Assembly: GCF_036321535.1 (NCBI RefSeq) | Contig: NC_087436.1 | Span: 65,102,001 to 65,166,000 of the forward strand | DNA length: 64,000 nt | Reading direction: 5' to 3' | DNA from: Camelus dromedarius | Lineage: Eukaryota | Shown here: positions 11,899 through 25,249 of the stretch, piece after piece | How the letters are laid out: every line of letters begins with the position of its first letter | How positions within the stretch are numbered: position 1 is the stretch's first letter | Program-made: the position numbers and the translations under genes | Notes under the pieces: model-generated | The model's input: the letters and a program-made list of their open reading frames with translations, nothing else | What the model was told of the DNA's origin: nothing | Database searches by the model: none

Positions 11899-13293
11899 CT
11901 TCTTTTGGGGGATGTTCAAAAACTAATCGAGATATCTTTCGGCTGAAAGAAATTAGTTTCAGCAAATAAGATGCACTTGTGTGAGTTCTGAAAAGTGACA
12001 ATAAGGCAGAACACTTTTTCCTGAGGTGCTTGGCTGTTGGAAACAAGGTTTGAAGGTCTGTAGATGTCTGGCACCAGCATTCCTGCATCCATTCCCCTGT
12101 GTTCAGGTTGAAACTGTGGCTGTGGTGGATGTTCCAGCAGATGCACCAATCCACAAACTGCAACTTGGGTTGCCTCTTCTCCACCTCCCATGCTTGAGAA
12201 GTAGTTGTTGTGACATTGGTGGTGGGTGTTCAGAGATGACAACTTTCATAATGATAAAGGAGTTGCAGTGAATGTACAGGAAAAACAAAATTTCCAAACT
12301 AAATGTACAGAGTAATCTCATTGGTAGAAAAAAACCTGTAATATATGCAAATATGTCAAAATTCATTCTTCAGAACATAGAAATGTACAGTCACTCAGAA
12401 TGTTGTTTTGGGAATTAATTTTTTCTATTTGGACATCTAGTATATTATATACTACTTTGTTTTTTTCCAGCTGTCTGCATATATTATAATTTGAAATATC
12501 ATTACAAGTTACTATGTGACGATTGTATCACATTTTGGAGTATAATCTACTCTGTAGTCTGTAGTTTACTTCTCTATTTTCATAATATTTGTATCTGATT
12601 GGAATGGATCAGCTAATATTTCCACCAAGAATCTGTTTACTGTGGTTGTTTTACCAGATTATATGTAGAAGATTAGTGTTAGAGAGACTGTCCAACCCAA
12701 TTTTACAGGTGATTAAACTGAGGCTGAGAGTTTAAGGGAGTTTTTCCAGTAAACACATTTACTTAGTGTCAAATTGGGAACTAAGAACTCTGACCAGAAC
12801 AGCTGAGTTCAGTATTCTTTATACTATCTCACACTGCTAAAGATAGGGGGGAAATTACAGAGGGAAAAAGGAAACAGAAAATGGGATTAGAGAATTAGCT
12901 GTTAATTAGGATACATGCTGGGATCTCTCAGGTAAATTTCTTTTTCCAAAATATATACATATAACCCAGTACATTCCATGATGATGAATATGAATCTCTG
13001 GAGCTTGAGATGTCTAGGTGACACAGATGTGCATGGCCACTTAAGAACTCCTGGGCTAGAGGAGGATGCCGTATGGTAAAGGTCAACACATAAAAATCAC
13101 TCCTGAAGTGCTCTCTTTAAGCTCCATTCTAGGACCTTATCTTTATTACTGGGCATAGCATGTGACACCACTGATCAGATTCCTTCATGAATTCTTCCCT
13201 CTCTTGATTTCTCAGGCTTTCTTCTGTTTTTCCTTCTATTTCTTAGGTCTTTTCTGTGTGAACTCCCTTCCCTCTGATTGCCTTTTTAAAACA

Positions 13294-13720
13294 TTTTTTA
13301 ATTGAAGTATAGTTTATTTACAATGTTGTGTTAGTTTCAGGTGTACAGCAAAGTGACTCAGTTATGTGTGTGTGTATATATATATATATATATAAAATAT
13401 ATGTATATTCTTTTTCATATTCTTTTCCAGTATGGTTTCATACACGATACTGAATATAGTTCCCTGTGCTATAGACAGCAGGACCTTGTTGTATATAATA
13501 GTTTGTATCTGCTAATCCCAAACTCCTAATTTATCCCTCCCTCCCTCCCTTTCCCCTTAGTAACCATAAGTTTCTTTCTATGTCTGTGAGTCTGTTTCTG
13601 TTTTGTAGACAAGTTCATTTGTATCATATTTTAGATTCCACATATAAGTGATACCATATGGTATTTGTCTTTCTCTTTCTGACTTACTTTACTTAGTATG
13701 ATAATCTCTAGGTCCATCCA
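13294..13720 (-). mobile_element. LINE-1 3' end (~430 bp)
   Basis: Terminus tttttttaattgaagtatag...tacaatgttgtgttagtttcaggtgtacagc resembles the other L1 3' ends in the window. TSD-like TGCCTTTT(T)AAA at 13279-13290 and 13721-13731. Confidence 0.9.
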
Positions 13721-13759
13721 TGCCTTTTAAATGTTGTTGTCCTCCTCTACAATGAGAGA

Positions 13760-13951
13760 AGTGCTTCTCAACCAGGGACAATTTGGCAATATCCGGACAC
13801 AGTGTTCACTGTCACCTGTAGGGGTATGTTACTAACATCTAGTGAGCAGAGACTAAGGGTGCTTCTAAACATACTACAATGCAGAGGACAGCCCCACAAC
13901 AGAGGATTATCTGCACTTAAATGTCAATAGTGATGAAGTTGGGACACCTTG
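13760..13951. mobile_element. MER20 (hAT-Charlie MITE)
   Basis: agtgcttctcaacc...catctagtgagcagagactaagggtgct...taaacatactacaatgcagaggacagccccacaac...aaatgtcaatagtgatgaagttg matches MER20. Confidence 0.85.
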
Positions 13952-15377
13952 AATTAGAAGAATATAATGTTTGAGTGCTTGGGATCAATTTTGACTAATA
14001 TAAAGTAGATAAGAAAGACAAGCACTTGTATGTGAAGTGACCTTCAATTTTTTTTAATTAATAGAGCAATAACTGTAAATGTTTTAGCCACTGTGGAGAA
14101 GACTTGAGTACAGGTGATGCTTCTCATTCATTTCCATATCCACAAAATGTAGTATTTTAAGTACTGAAAAGTTTGTTCAATGTTTGAAATAGCCTGAGGA
14201 CATGGAAATTAGAGGAGTTAACTTACCAAAATGACCATCATTTCATTAAATGTCTTAATCTAAAAGATAAGTAATAAAAGGGACTAATATCAACTTCATG
14301 GTTTTCAAATTTTTAATAGTGGACAGTAAATTCACTGAAAGAGGCAGGCTCAATATTTGTAAAATAAACTTATTTATAAATCAACAAATCACATCTTCCA
14401 GAAGTATTATCCCTGATGTTTTCCCTTTTCATGCTCACGAGGAGGAGCAAGGAGAGAATGCCCTTAGTAACAAGTTGTTTTCAAGCACACTTCAACCTTG
14501 GGTTTTGCTTCATATAAGAATAGGAAAGAATATATTCTTGTGAACCTTGTGTTAGATGACAGATACGTGGTGATTAAATTATGATTGCCCTGAATTCAGT
14601 AATGCTGTTTATCAAGCTCTACAGTAAGAGAAAAGAGCTCTTTGAATTGAAATGGATTTTATTTCAATTTCATAATGCCTAACATAGAATAAGAGGGATG
14701 AGAACAGTAAGAAGAAATTCCATTTCTCATTATCTCAGTGATTACCAGCTGCTAATGTTTTACTTTACCAAATTAGATACTTTATTAAGTACATAAGGAA
14801 AACCAAGGAAAAAGTAACATGAAAAATGTACAATTATGTACCATGCTTATTATTTCTGTAAAACGTGTCAACCTGGTTTCATATGTTTAAAAAAAAAGAG
14901 TTAATGCTTGTAATGTTCTAAAATCTAAAAGGCCTTATCTCATGCTTAGCTAATTATTTTGACAGGGGTCTAACTGATGTGTGCTTTTCCATGCAAATGA
15001 GTTTGTGGCAAACAGGATGACTGCCATCTACATCAACACTCCATAACTAATAATTATCTCCACAGAGAGATTAAGTAGTGAAAGCAATTAGAATTCAGTG
15101 ACAGTGTTTTCCTCTGCAATTGATTACTGTATGGAATGTTCATCTAGTATAAGGGCTACAAACAGTTCCACCAGTTATCTCCTTGTTGGAACTACAGGTT
15201 CATCTGTCATCTATGTGTGTGTAAGTCTGTTGTTATTTATTCCCTCTGGAACATCTACTCTATTTGACACATAGTCCTCTTTAGATCTCTAAGTAAATGT
15301 TCCAATTTGATTATTTTTTATGAACCCTTTTTCTTCCCTTTCTTCATTTTTTTTTTTTTTTTTGGCTTTTTGAGCCC

Positions 15378-15580
15378 TTTTTTAATTAAAGTATAGTCAG
15401 TACAATGTGTCAGTTTCTGGTGTATACCATAATGTTTCAGTCACACACAGACATATATTCGTTTTCATATTCTTTTTCATTATAGGTTACTACAAGATAT
15501 TGAATATAGTTTCCTATGCTACACAGAAGAAATTTGGGTTTTATCTATTTTATGTATAGTAGTTAGTATTTGCAAATCTC
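15378..15580 (-). mobile_element. Short LINE-1 3' UTR fragment
   Basis: Closely matches 55020-55222 and 42860-43067 (gtatagtcagt...ttttcatattctttttcattataggttactacaagat...gcaaatctc). Confidence 0.88.
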
Positions 15581-16476
15581 TGGTTTTTAATTGTTCTTAT
15601 ACATGTTGTAAACCCTTGGTCCTTAGTTCTTAATTTCTATGAGAGATATCATTCCTGGGCTATCTTATCTTGAAATCTTGACATAGAATTCAATTTTCCT
15701 CTTTTACATATTCAAACTGGTTTATTTTTAGTTTTCCTTAGTAATGTTTTTGTTTCCTTTTCTTATCCTTCTTCTGCTACTCTGTTATATACACTCATAA
15801 ATTTGTGCCGAGGATTCTGAATTTTCATGTTTTCCTTTTTATCTCTGCCTTCATTTTGAGTGTATTTCATTTATCACCTCAAGAAAAATTTTCAGAAACC
15901 TGACTTTCATTGTATTATCTCTTGGCTCAAAATCATCAGTTGATTCCATATTTATGTGGATAAATTCCTGCCTATTTGAGGTATTTGATATTATCCATAA
16001 TCCTTCTAATTTATCTCTCTTATTTGATCCTTGTTAGTCTCCAGCATGTTTTGCAAAAATTGTTCACCAGATGTGTTCCTTTCACTTCATTCAGGCTTCC
16101 CTAGGCTTGGAATAGTCTTTTTTTGGTCCATTTAATTTAACTGATTATAACCTATCTTCCAGTGTCCAGCTCAGTTCACACTATATCTTTACATTCAAGT
16201 CTTAGGATAGATTCCTCCTTGGAATAAAGAGGATCAGTTATTTGGGTGATACTCCTCAGACCCTTTACAGAGTCTGATATAAATTTATAGGTTTTTTGTT
16301 TCACTATAGTGATGACTTTTGGACACATATATATATATGCACATACATACATATATATCATATATATTTATGTATCTACTTAGAACATGATTTATGGAGA
16401 TTAATTTTAACAGAGCTTATGAATTAGGAAAACTATATAGAAAAAATAAAATTAAAGCAAAAATTTAGTTTGTTTT

Positions 16477-17120
16477 TGTGATGGTTAATTTTATATGTGA
16501 ACTTGACTGGGCTGTGAGGTGTCCAGATATTTGGCCAAATATTATTTTGAATGTTTCTGTGAGGGTGAATTTGGATGAGATTTATGTTTAAATCAGTGAA
16601 CTGAGTAAAGCAGCTTCTCTCCCTAGCATGAGTAGGCCTCATTCAATCAGTTTAAGTCCTAAATGGAACAAATAGGCTAACCCTTCCCCGAAGAAAGGAA
16701 GGATTTGTCCTTCCTGACTACCTTTGAATGGGAACATTGACCTTTTTCTTGTCTTCAGACTTGAACTGAAGCATTGGCTCTTTCTGGGTCTCAAACCTGC
16801 TGGCCTTTTATCGGGAAATACATGATCAGATTTCCTGGTTCTCGGGGCTTTGGACTTATATTGCAAGTAAGCTATTGGCTCTCCTGTGTCTCCAGCTTGC
16901 TGACTTGCCCTGTAGATCTGGGAACTTGCCTTCATCTACAATTGCATGAGCCAATTCCTTTTAATAAATCTCTTTCTATCTTACCTATATGTCTTATATG
17001 TCTGTCTGTCTATCTGTCTGTCTGTCTATCTATCATCATCATCATCATCATTATCATCATCTGTCATCTATCATCTATATCTTTCTGGTTCTATTTCTCT
17101 GGAGAACCCTGACTAATATA
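16477..17120 (+). mobile_element. MLT2 (ERVL) solo LTR, MLT2B/D-like
   Basis: Starts tgtgatggttaattttatatgtgaacttgactgggc and ends ttctatttctctggagaaccctgactaatata. Contains an internal (TGTC/TATC)n and (CAT)n microsatellite at ~17000-17075. Confidence 0.92.
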
Positions 17121-17239
17121 GATTAATCTTGCCTGTCTTTACATGGCTATTTCCTAACCTATGAATAGGGTCAGAGGAAAATGATAAAGACAGGACCCTG
17201 GACTAGGGCAGAACAGGCTCTAGGAAGACTAAAGAAGCA

Positions 17240-17440
17240 GCAGGTTCTAACCTTGTTTTTTTTACTTATTGGCTATGGGACCTTGAGTAAATCATTTAGG
17301 ATCTCTGAGTTTTTCATATGCAAAATAATGATACATCTGCCTCTGATCTCAGGTTGTGTTGTAAAAGATATTTAATATGCCCACACTTTAATGACTGTTA
17401 AATATTAACAAATAAGTACTATTGCTATTACTATTTTTAA
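17240..17440 (+). mobile_element. MIR SINE
   Basis: ctatgggaccttgagtaaatcatttaggatctctgagtttttcatatgcaaaataatgata matches the MIR core. Confidence 0.65.
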
Positions 17441-19044
17441 TAAAGACATTTTACCCATTACACTACATAAATGAGACTTCATAAAACCCCAAATGCTCAT
17501 ATCTGCCAATGGCATGTCAGAATTCTGACAAAAGTACAGAAATATCTCATTCCTATTTATCACAGTTACTATAGGGAAAGTTTGAAAAATATTTCAAGGC
17601 CAAACTTTCTAGTAGCTACATGGATTAACATAGTATGTCAGATAGCATTTGGCAAGTTCTGAACTAGGCTGGGATATATTACATATGAGGAAACAGATCA
17701 GTGAACCAACATATTTTAGGTTAAAATTCTCACTGAAACCATAATTTAACTAAAGCTTGGTACATAGAGGGAAAAACAAAATGAAAAACACACAAGCATA
17801 GTACTGTGTGTTTTCTTTACAACAAAATTGAAAAGTACTAATGCATTGCTGGTTTTAGTGTAATAATTGCATGCACCAGATATTTTAAAGTATTCACAAA
17901 GTAGCATATGGCTTATCTGTTCAGCTGCAGTGAAAATGTGGATTTTTAAGAATAAAAATTAGTTTGAAAAGCAGCAGGCAACAGTAATCTCGAATCCCCT
18001 GTCTGCCCGTAAAGTGGAGAAACCATCTGCACTATGTGCATGCTGATGACCTTGGATTAATTCTAGCAATGTCATTACCCAATTAGTTGAGGAAGGAAAG
18101 ATACTTGGGAATTACAATTACAGATCCATTAAAATTGTGCAGTGCTTTTATTCTCAAATATTTATTAAATCACATCTGTCTGCTAATCATTATATGATGG
18201 TTTTTTTCACCTAAAGGAGACTCAGTTTGATAAAGCAGTGAGCCAGCCCTGAATAATATAATTATGCTACTTGAGCACACTTCAAGTATCTCTGTTCTGA
18301 AAAAAATAGTAACGGTATCTCCTTTTTAATCTCGTGACTTCTTAGGTGGTAATGCCTCCATTGGTTGGAATAATCTCCTCAGTTATAATAAACTATTTTA
18401 ACCAAAGAAAAATTATAAACATATGTGCCAAATTATGTAGTAATTTTGTGTTTTCCTGCTCTACTTGTTCTTATTTTACAGAGACCCTGCTGTGCCTCTA
18501 GAGATCATGTTAAAGAAACTAATCATTCTTGCACAATAAGCACATTTTAATTTTTGTTTGTTATTGTTTCTTTTAAATGAAAAATTTAAGTTTTATAGTG
18601 GTCTTAAAACAGAAATTTTCTATGTAGCTGTCATTTCTCACCATTTAATTTGAGAAGGCTTTTGACAAGCACGTAATTTGCACAGAAAATCTTGTATGTA
18701 GAAGAAAATATATATTTGTGGAATTTATATACACAATGTAGATAAATATAAAATTAAGACTATACACAAATGCAAAACAAGGTTAATTATACTCTGATTA
18801 GAAAGACAATACTAAAATTAAACTGTAAAAAATCTTGTGGTTTAACATCATACAGAAAAATTGCCCAGCGATTGTCATTAGGCTGTATTTATGAATTTTA
18901 TAGAAACATTTTCTCTCATGTTATACTATTATTAGAAGAGATAGATGATTGGCATACATTTCTTAATGCTTATATTTGGCTCTAGTCTATGATTACTTCT
19001 AGCTGAAGAGCAAGAGTGGCTTTAAAACACAAATATTCTTGAAT

Positions 19045-19419
19045 TTATTCACTCAAGAAGTATTAATGCATGACTACTCATTGCAATCACAGTCCTACAC
19101 ATTGTGGATACAGCTGAGAACAACACAGAAGAGAAACAAAGAAGGAGAAGCAAAAAGACTGGTATTCCAGAGGACAAGTGAAGAAATAGTTTAAGAAAGA
19201 GGAAATGATAAACTTATCCAGTGGTGTTGATAGGCCTGGTACAGTGGGCACTGAGGATTGACTGTGGGACTTAACACAGAGAAAGTTACTGGTGACCTTG
19301 ACAGCAAAGAAGTTAAGGTGGCAGGTGATGACTGGAGAGAGTGCCAGAGAGAATCGAAGATCAGAAAGTAGAAACAAGGAGTACTGACAACTCTTTTGAA
19401 GATTTTATTGTGAGGAGAG
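19045..19419 (-). mobile_element. LINE-2 fragment, continuing after the MLT1A to ~20130
   Basis: gaggattgactgtgggacttaacacagagaaagttactggtgaccttgacagc is antisense L2. Confidence 0.7.
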
Positions 19420-19774
19420 TGTCTTGGCGGATTCTGGCTACTATAACAAAGAACCATGGACTAGGTGGCTTATACACAACAGAAATATATTTCTCACAGT
19501 TTTGGAGGCTAAAAGTCTGAGATCAGGGTACCAGGATGGTCAAATTCTGGTAAGAATTCTTTCCTAGTTGTAGACTACCAAATTTTTGTTTTATCATATG
19601 ACAGAAAGAGGCAAGAGAGCTTTTTTGCTCTCTTTTTAAAAGGACACTAATCCCATCATGAGGGCCTCACAATTCAGTCAGCCTTCAGGCCCCCATATCT
19701 CCTAATATGATCACACTGGGGATTAGATTTCAACATACAAATTTTGGGGGGACACAAACATTCAGTCTATAACA
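19420..19774 (-). mobile_element. MLT1A-like solo LTR
   Basis: ctactataacaaagaaccatggactaggtggctta...ttctcacagttttggaggct...gggacacaaacattcagtctataaca. Near-TSD GAGAG/GTGAG. Confidence 0.88.
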
Positions 19775-21452
19775 GTGAGACAGGAAGGAAAGAGCAGTAT
19801 CTGCAGAAGGAGGAGATCAAGGGAGAGTTGGTTGGTTGATTTTAATATGGAAGATGTTAAAGCAGGGTTTATCTTTAAGCTCTGATCCAGATGTGCAGGC
19901 AAAGACAATGATAAAGTAGACTGCTTAATGTATGCGCAACATCCTTGAGTTTGTTCTTAGGACCTAAGTCCTACCTGGGGGTGATTGCTGATTACATCAG
20001 GAGTAATGATAGACTATGTGGGCACTAAAATATGTTCATTGACTGATTTGGTGTTTGGCATGAGGAAGAAGATCTCTGTTCTTTTTCAGTGAAATAAAAA
20101 TAATGGCATCATCTGAGAATAGATGAAGTGAATGAATAAGTGATTGAATAAATACTAAATTGGTGATAGGTGTCAAAAATAATGCAATAAATTCAGAAAA
20201 TATAAATTACTATAAGCTAAAATATATATAAGGTGCTGGTAAGTGCAAAGCAAGAATATTATCAATGGAGTTAAAATTTAAGGCTTCTATAAACATAACA
20301 GACTTTAGAATTCAAACCAATTGAAAGTTTAATTGACCAGTTTATTAGTCTGCGATAGACAACAATAATCACAATGTTCACAATGCTGATTGACAATACC
20401 ATATTGCAAGATTCTCAGAAGCTTTCTGAGTCAATAAGGCTGGTTCTGTACACTTTAACTGCTGTGTATTTTATTACATTTTAAAATTTGTTAAATCCAG
20501 GACTGTCAATTCTTTGCTATTCAAGCCTGTAGAAAATTCCCTCTGGGAGACAGTTTTCAGAAATTTGGTTGATCACTCCCGTTAATTTTTAGTTGTCCCC
20601 CAGGAGGTGAACCTCAAACAAGGCAAGGACTTCAGTTTTAAACTTCTTAATCACTTAATTACTTAATAATTATGAATCACATTAAAAATATATTATCCTT
20701 TGAAAAAAGAAATTTTTGTCAATTAAAGAAATAGGAATATGGAAGAAAGAAAGAAAGAAATACCATAAGTCCTCACAGAAAGACAATTTTATTAACATAT
20801 TGATATAATGGTTATGTTAGAATGTATTATCTGTGTAGAACTTATCTTGAAATGTGATTAATTTCTATCCAATTAACATAGTGTTTAATATGTCTTGTTT
20901 GTAATTCTTGGAGTGCTTCACATATTAATGGTCACTGAGAAATTTATCTCAGCTGTCTTAACTTTTCCACTTCTAAGAAAGAAAGAAAGATCTCCTGACA
21001 ATGGCCTTACTCTCAAGACTCAAAACTTTGAGCATATAGCTTCTAGGTGATTTACAGAAAAATGATCATTAATGAAAAAAACAAATATAGAAAAGCATAA
21101 CCAAAAATTAGTAACGTATGATTTTATAAGAAAGATTATAATTCTTGTGTTACATAGGATCTTTTTTATTAGAATATGTTATAATAGAATAAATACCAAA
21201 TTGTATTTGAATACTGATTCTGCCACTAACTCATTCTGTAACCTTGAATGAATCATTTAATCTCTTAAAACAAGTTCCATCATATTAAAAAAATGATATC
21301 TAACTCATATTATGAATGCAGATAATAAATGAAATCTTGTATTATGTGTGTAACTGTGTCTGACACACATTAGTTCGTTTGATTTTATTCCATTGAGGTA
21401 AAATTTACATGCAGTGAAATGAATAAATCTTCAGTATACAATTCATTAAATA

Positions 21453-21532
21453 TTTTTTTATTGAAGTATAGTCATTTTACAATGTTGTGTCAATTTCTGG
21501 TGTACAGCTTAAGGATTCAGTTACACATATAT
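21453..21532 (-). mobile_element. Very short LINE-1 3' stub
   Basis: ttttttattgaagtatagtcattttacaatgttgtgtcaatttctggtgtacagc, the same terminus as the other young L1s. Confidence 0.8.
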
Positions 21533-21559
21533 TTTCCTTTTTGCCCTTTACTTTTAATC

Positions 21560-23660
21560 AATTGTATCTTTCTATTAAACACAAATAACCTATAAATAAT
21601 CATTTTTCCTTTTCCAATTCTTTTTCATTCTGACAAACTCTGCCTTTTGTTTGATTCATTTAAATGTATTATTATTTCATGGTTGCTTTTAGCTGCCACT
21701 ATATATTTCTTTTATATTTCTCCTGTTTTCTGTTCCTCCTTTTCTGCCTTTTATGTGGTAGTCAAATATTATTTTCAGTCCATTTAAATTTCTCTATTGC
21801 CTTTTAATTTTAGTTTCTGTATATTTAATGGTGTTCTAGGGATCATAATACATATTCATAATTTATTACTGTCTTCTCAGAGTTAACATAAAATAAATGT
21901 AAAATACAAGATTCATGCAAATCTCCAGCCTTTGTGATACTACTTATACACACACACACAAATATGAAAAACCCCGTATTAGGATGTTATAATTTTAGAC
22001 TGTTTGTTTTTTTAAGAAATAAAGGGGATAAAATTAAGATAGTCTTTTTATATTTTATATAACTATCTGTATATTTTCTATGTCTTATGTTTTTCATTGT
22101 TCTTGTAGAGCTGAGATTCCATTTTACAGCATTTCCATTCAGTCTTAAGAACTTCATTTAGAAGTCTTTGTAGTTCAAGTTTTATGACGATAGATTCTGT
22201 CAGCATCAGTTTACCTTAAAATAGCTTAATTTTTTCTCCATTTTTGAAGCATATTTAAACTGGATAGATAATTGTAGGTTAATATTTTTATATGTTCTTT
22301 CACCACATTAATTTACCAGACCGTTGTCTTTTTTCTTTCATATTACATACTATGATCAGAATTTAACAAGCATTACTATCAATGCTCCCTTGTGTATAAA
22401 GTTATCTTCTTCTTCTTGTTTTTGGCATCTTTAAAATTTTTTCTCATATTTGGTTTTCTGCAGTTTGACTGTGATGTGACTAAATGTGGGTTTATGCATA
22501 TTTATAAAGATTGGAATTCTCTGAGCTTCTTGGATCTATAAGTTACATACTTTTTGAATATTTCTTTAAGTTTCATTATTTTTTATTTTCAATTCTTTCT
22601 CCTCTAATGGATTCATAATTACTTACATTTGCTTTAGTTTTTTCAATTTTGTATCTTTCTTCTTGGTATATTAGATAAGTTCCCTTCTACTATCTTTACA
22701 TTTTCTATTTGCAAAGTTCAGTATTCTCTGAAGCCTATAAATATTTACAATCAGTTATTGTACTTCCTGTCCTAGAACTTCATTAGTTTCTTTTTATAGT
22801 TCCCATTTATCTGTTGATATATCAGTTGCATTATTATCACCAGATTTTACTTTAATTCCTTGAACATTTTATGTTAGCTGCTTTAAAGTCCTTATTAATC
22901 TAATCTCTGTGCTATCTAGCTCTGTTTCTATGTGCTGCTTCTCCTGGCTACAGATTCGATTTTCCCGTGCAAGTTTATTAATTTTTTACTGGAATCTGGA
23001 TAATTCAAAGACATTGGTTCCTGTTATCTCCCTCTTAAAATTTTGTGTTCTAGATGATTAACTTGAAATCTTGAAGACTTTGTTGTATGATTTCTTAGCG
23101 CAGGTCTGTATTTGTTTTGCCTTTAGTCCCAAAGTGAACTTCTTAGACCTGAAAAAAGGCATGGCCACTCTTAGATTTCGTGAGAAAACCCAATATGTTT
23201 ACAAAAATCTAAAATGTACCAAATTTTGTTTTCCTTGTGCTGTTAGCAACATACTGCATTCTGCTGGGCTTCTTAAAGTCTTCCTCATGCCTGCATAGAT
23301 TTATATACAAGCTTTGGGGCTTCCCCTCCTTGTGTCCTTCTCTTTCAGCTCGTCTTTTCCTTCAAATCCCAGCAGTCTGGAAGCCCCAAACTTTGTCTTG
23401 TGATACCTCAGTCTAAAAAGTCTGTGGGTTTTTTCTGAAGTTTTAGTTAACTCCATGACCTTCAGATGTGGGAATACCTTAAGGGGAAAATCTGTATAAA
23501 CATGTATCTAATCCATTGTGGTTTATTTCTTTCAAGAGTCAAATTCTCTGGAATGTCTGTCTAATTTTGGTCACTTAACAATGCCTTTTATGCTTTATCC
23601 AGAGGTTATATGTACTTGTCATCTGCACAAAAGTAAGTCCAGTAAAAACTACTCTACCAA
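21560..23660 (-). mobile_element. Ancient L1 (L1ME/L1M4-5-like) 5' and ORF1 region
   Basis: T-rich 2-kb block with motifs of antisense old L1 (ttttctgcagtttgactgtgatgtg, ctgagcttcttggatct, agctgctttaaagtcctt). Confidence 0.7.
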
Positions 23661-25193
23661 TACTAGTATCTTTTTTAATAATAGTAGTATCTATATTTTC
23701 ATTAGTATTTACTAGCACACGCTAAAACTTAAAAATTTGATCTTTAAACTAGTATATATTACATGGAAATTTTATTTAAAAATATAAGGTGCTACCTAGT
23801 ATACATTGAGATATTTTGGACTATATTAAATATGCTAAGTTGTTAAAAGTAAATACATTTTTATTTAAGTTAAGCAAGTACACCATTAGGAGAAACTAGT
23901 GATTTATAATTGAGTTGATTTTTCTTTCAAGTATTCATTTGTGAAAGCTAAAATGACTTTTCAACTTTAATTATTTAAATAAGACCGTCAGTTACAACAG
24001 GAAATAAAAGTTGACTGAGAACTCATAAAATATGAAATAGATGTTGTCTCTGATTACAGAGGCTAAGCAAAATAAAGCTAGATGTTGGAAATGAAATCTG
24101 TGACTAAAAATACATGGTGATAAGCAAAAATAGCCTTGAAAGCTTCATAAACCTGCAAGAAAGGAGAATTTCAAAATTACAATTGTGAGGAAATTTTGAA
24201 GTGGATATATTTGTTAACATGAAGTACTCTTTATAGTCATCAATGGTGGTATATCAAATAATTTTTTACATTTTATTTTCATTCTAAGTAATTAAGCCCC
24301 AGAGTTTTAAACTAAAGTTATTTTGATCTTCTAAATATTCCAGGGTTTTCGTTTCAGCAGTTCCTGATATTTCTTTTTCTGTTGGTTTCAGTAACTCTGT
24401 CTAAGTCCCCCTTTAGTAGGTATAGTCTGTTTTCAGACTGTATTTGCTGACTATCCGCGGTAGATCTTTTTTCATTCTGAGCTGAAGAAACTGATCTAAG
24501 CTCCCAACCTCGCTGACAGGATCAACTGAATAATATTATTTTTCTTATTTTATAAAGTGAGGTTGCAAAGCATAACTGTACCTTCACAGTTTGTTGTTGA
24601 ATGGAAACATTGAATGAGTTCTAATCTTGCACATCGTGTCCTTAGCATTGCACCAATATACCAACAGTTACCTCCAGCTGAGCTTGGAATTGTGAGCACC
24701 TCACAGCAAACAATGTTTACCTTTCACTGCTGTGACGTTCACTCTTTACCCAAAGCTTTACGGCAACCCAAGTTACAAGAATAAAATACAACTCTTCCAT
24801 CGATTATTCCCCCTACTTTGTGTCTGCTTTGCCATTTTGACAGCCAAAGTCCCACAAAACATTTAAAGGGAAGAATTTCAAAGGATTTCAGGGGAGCTAT
24901 GTTCCCCTTCTCTTTCTTGAGGCAGCTTTTACTTTACGTCTGGAGCTTTGGATATTTGTATTCGGTAAAATTCTGGCACACATTATTTTCTAAGTTGTAT
25001 TCTGTCACATGCTGTCATTAGACTCTTCTATACTAAGCAGGAATAAAAGAGTTCCTGGCTCTTCCTGGTATAGTATTAACCTTTTATTACTTAAGTACTC
25101 ACATGTCTGAGTAGAGCAGCCAAAGTTCATAGCTGTTGTATTTCCAGATCACACATGTATTCAATTTTTACATCCAACAGTTGGAATCAGAGC

Positions 25194-25249
25194 AGAAAAA
25201 AGAAGAAGAAGAAGGAGAAGAAGAAGAGGAAGAGGAAGAAGAAGATGAT
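25194..25249 (+). repeat. Imperfect (GAA/GAG)n polypurine microsatellite
   Basis: agaagaagaagaaggagaagaagaagaggaagaggaagaagaagatgat read directly. Confidence 0.95.
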
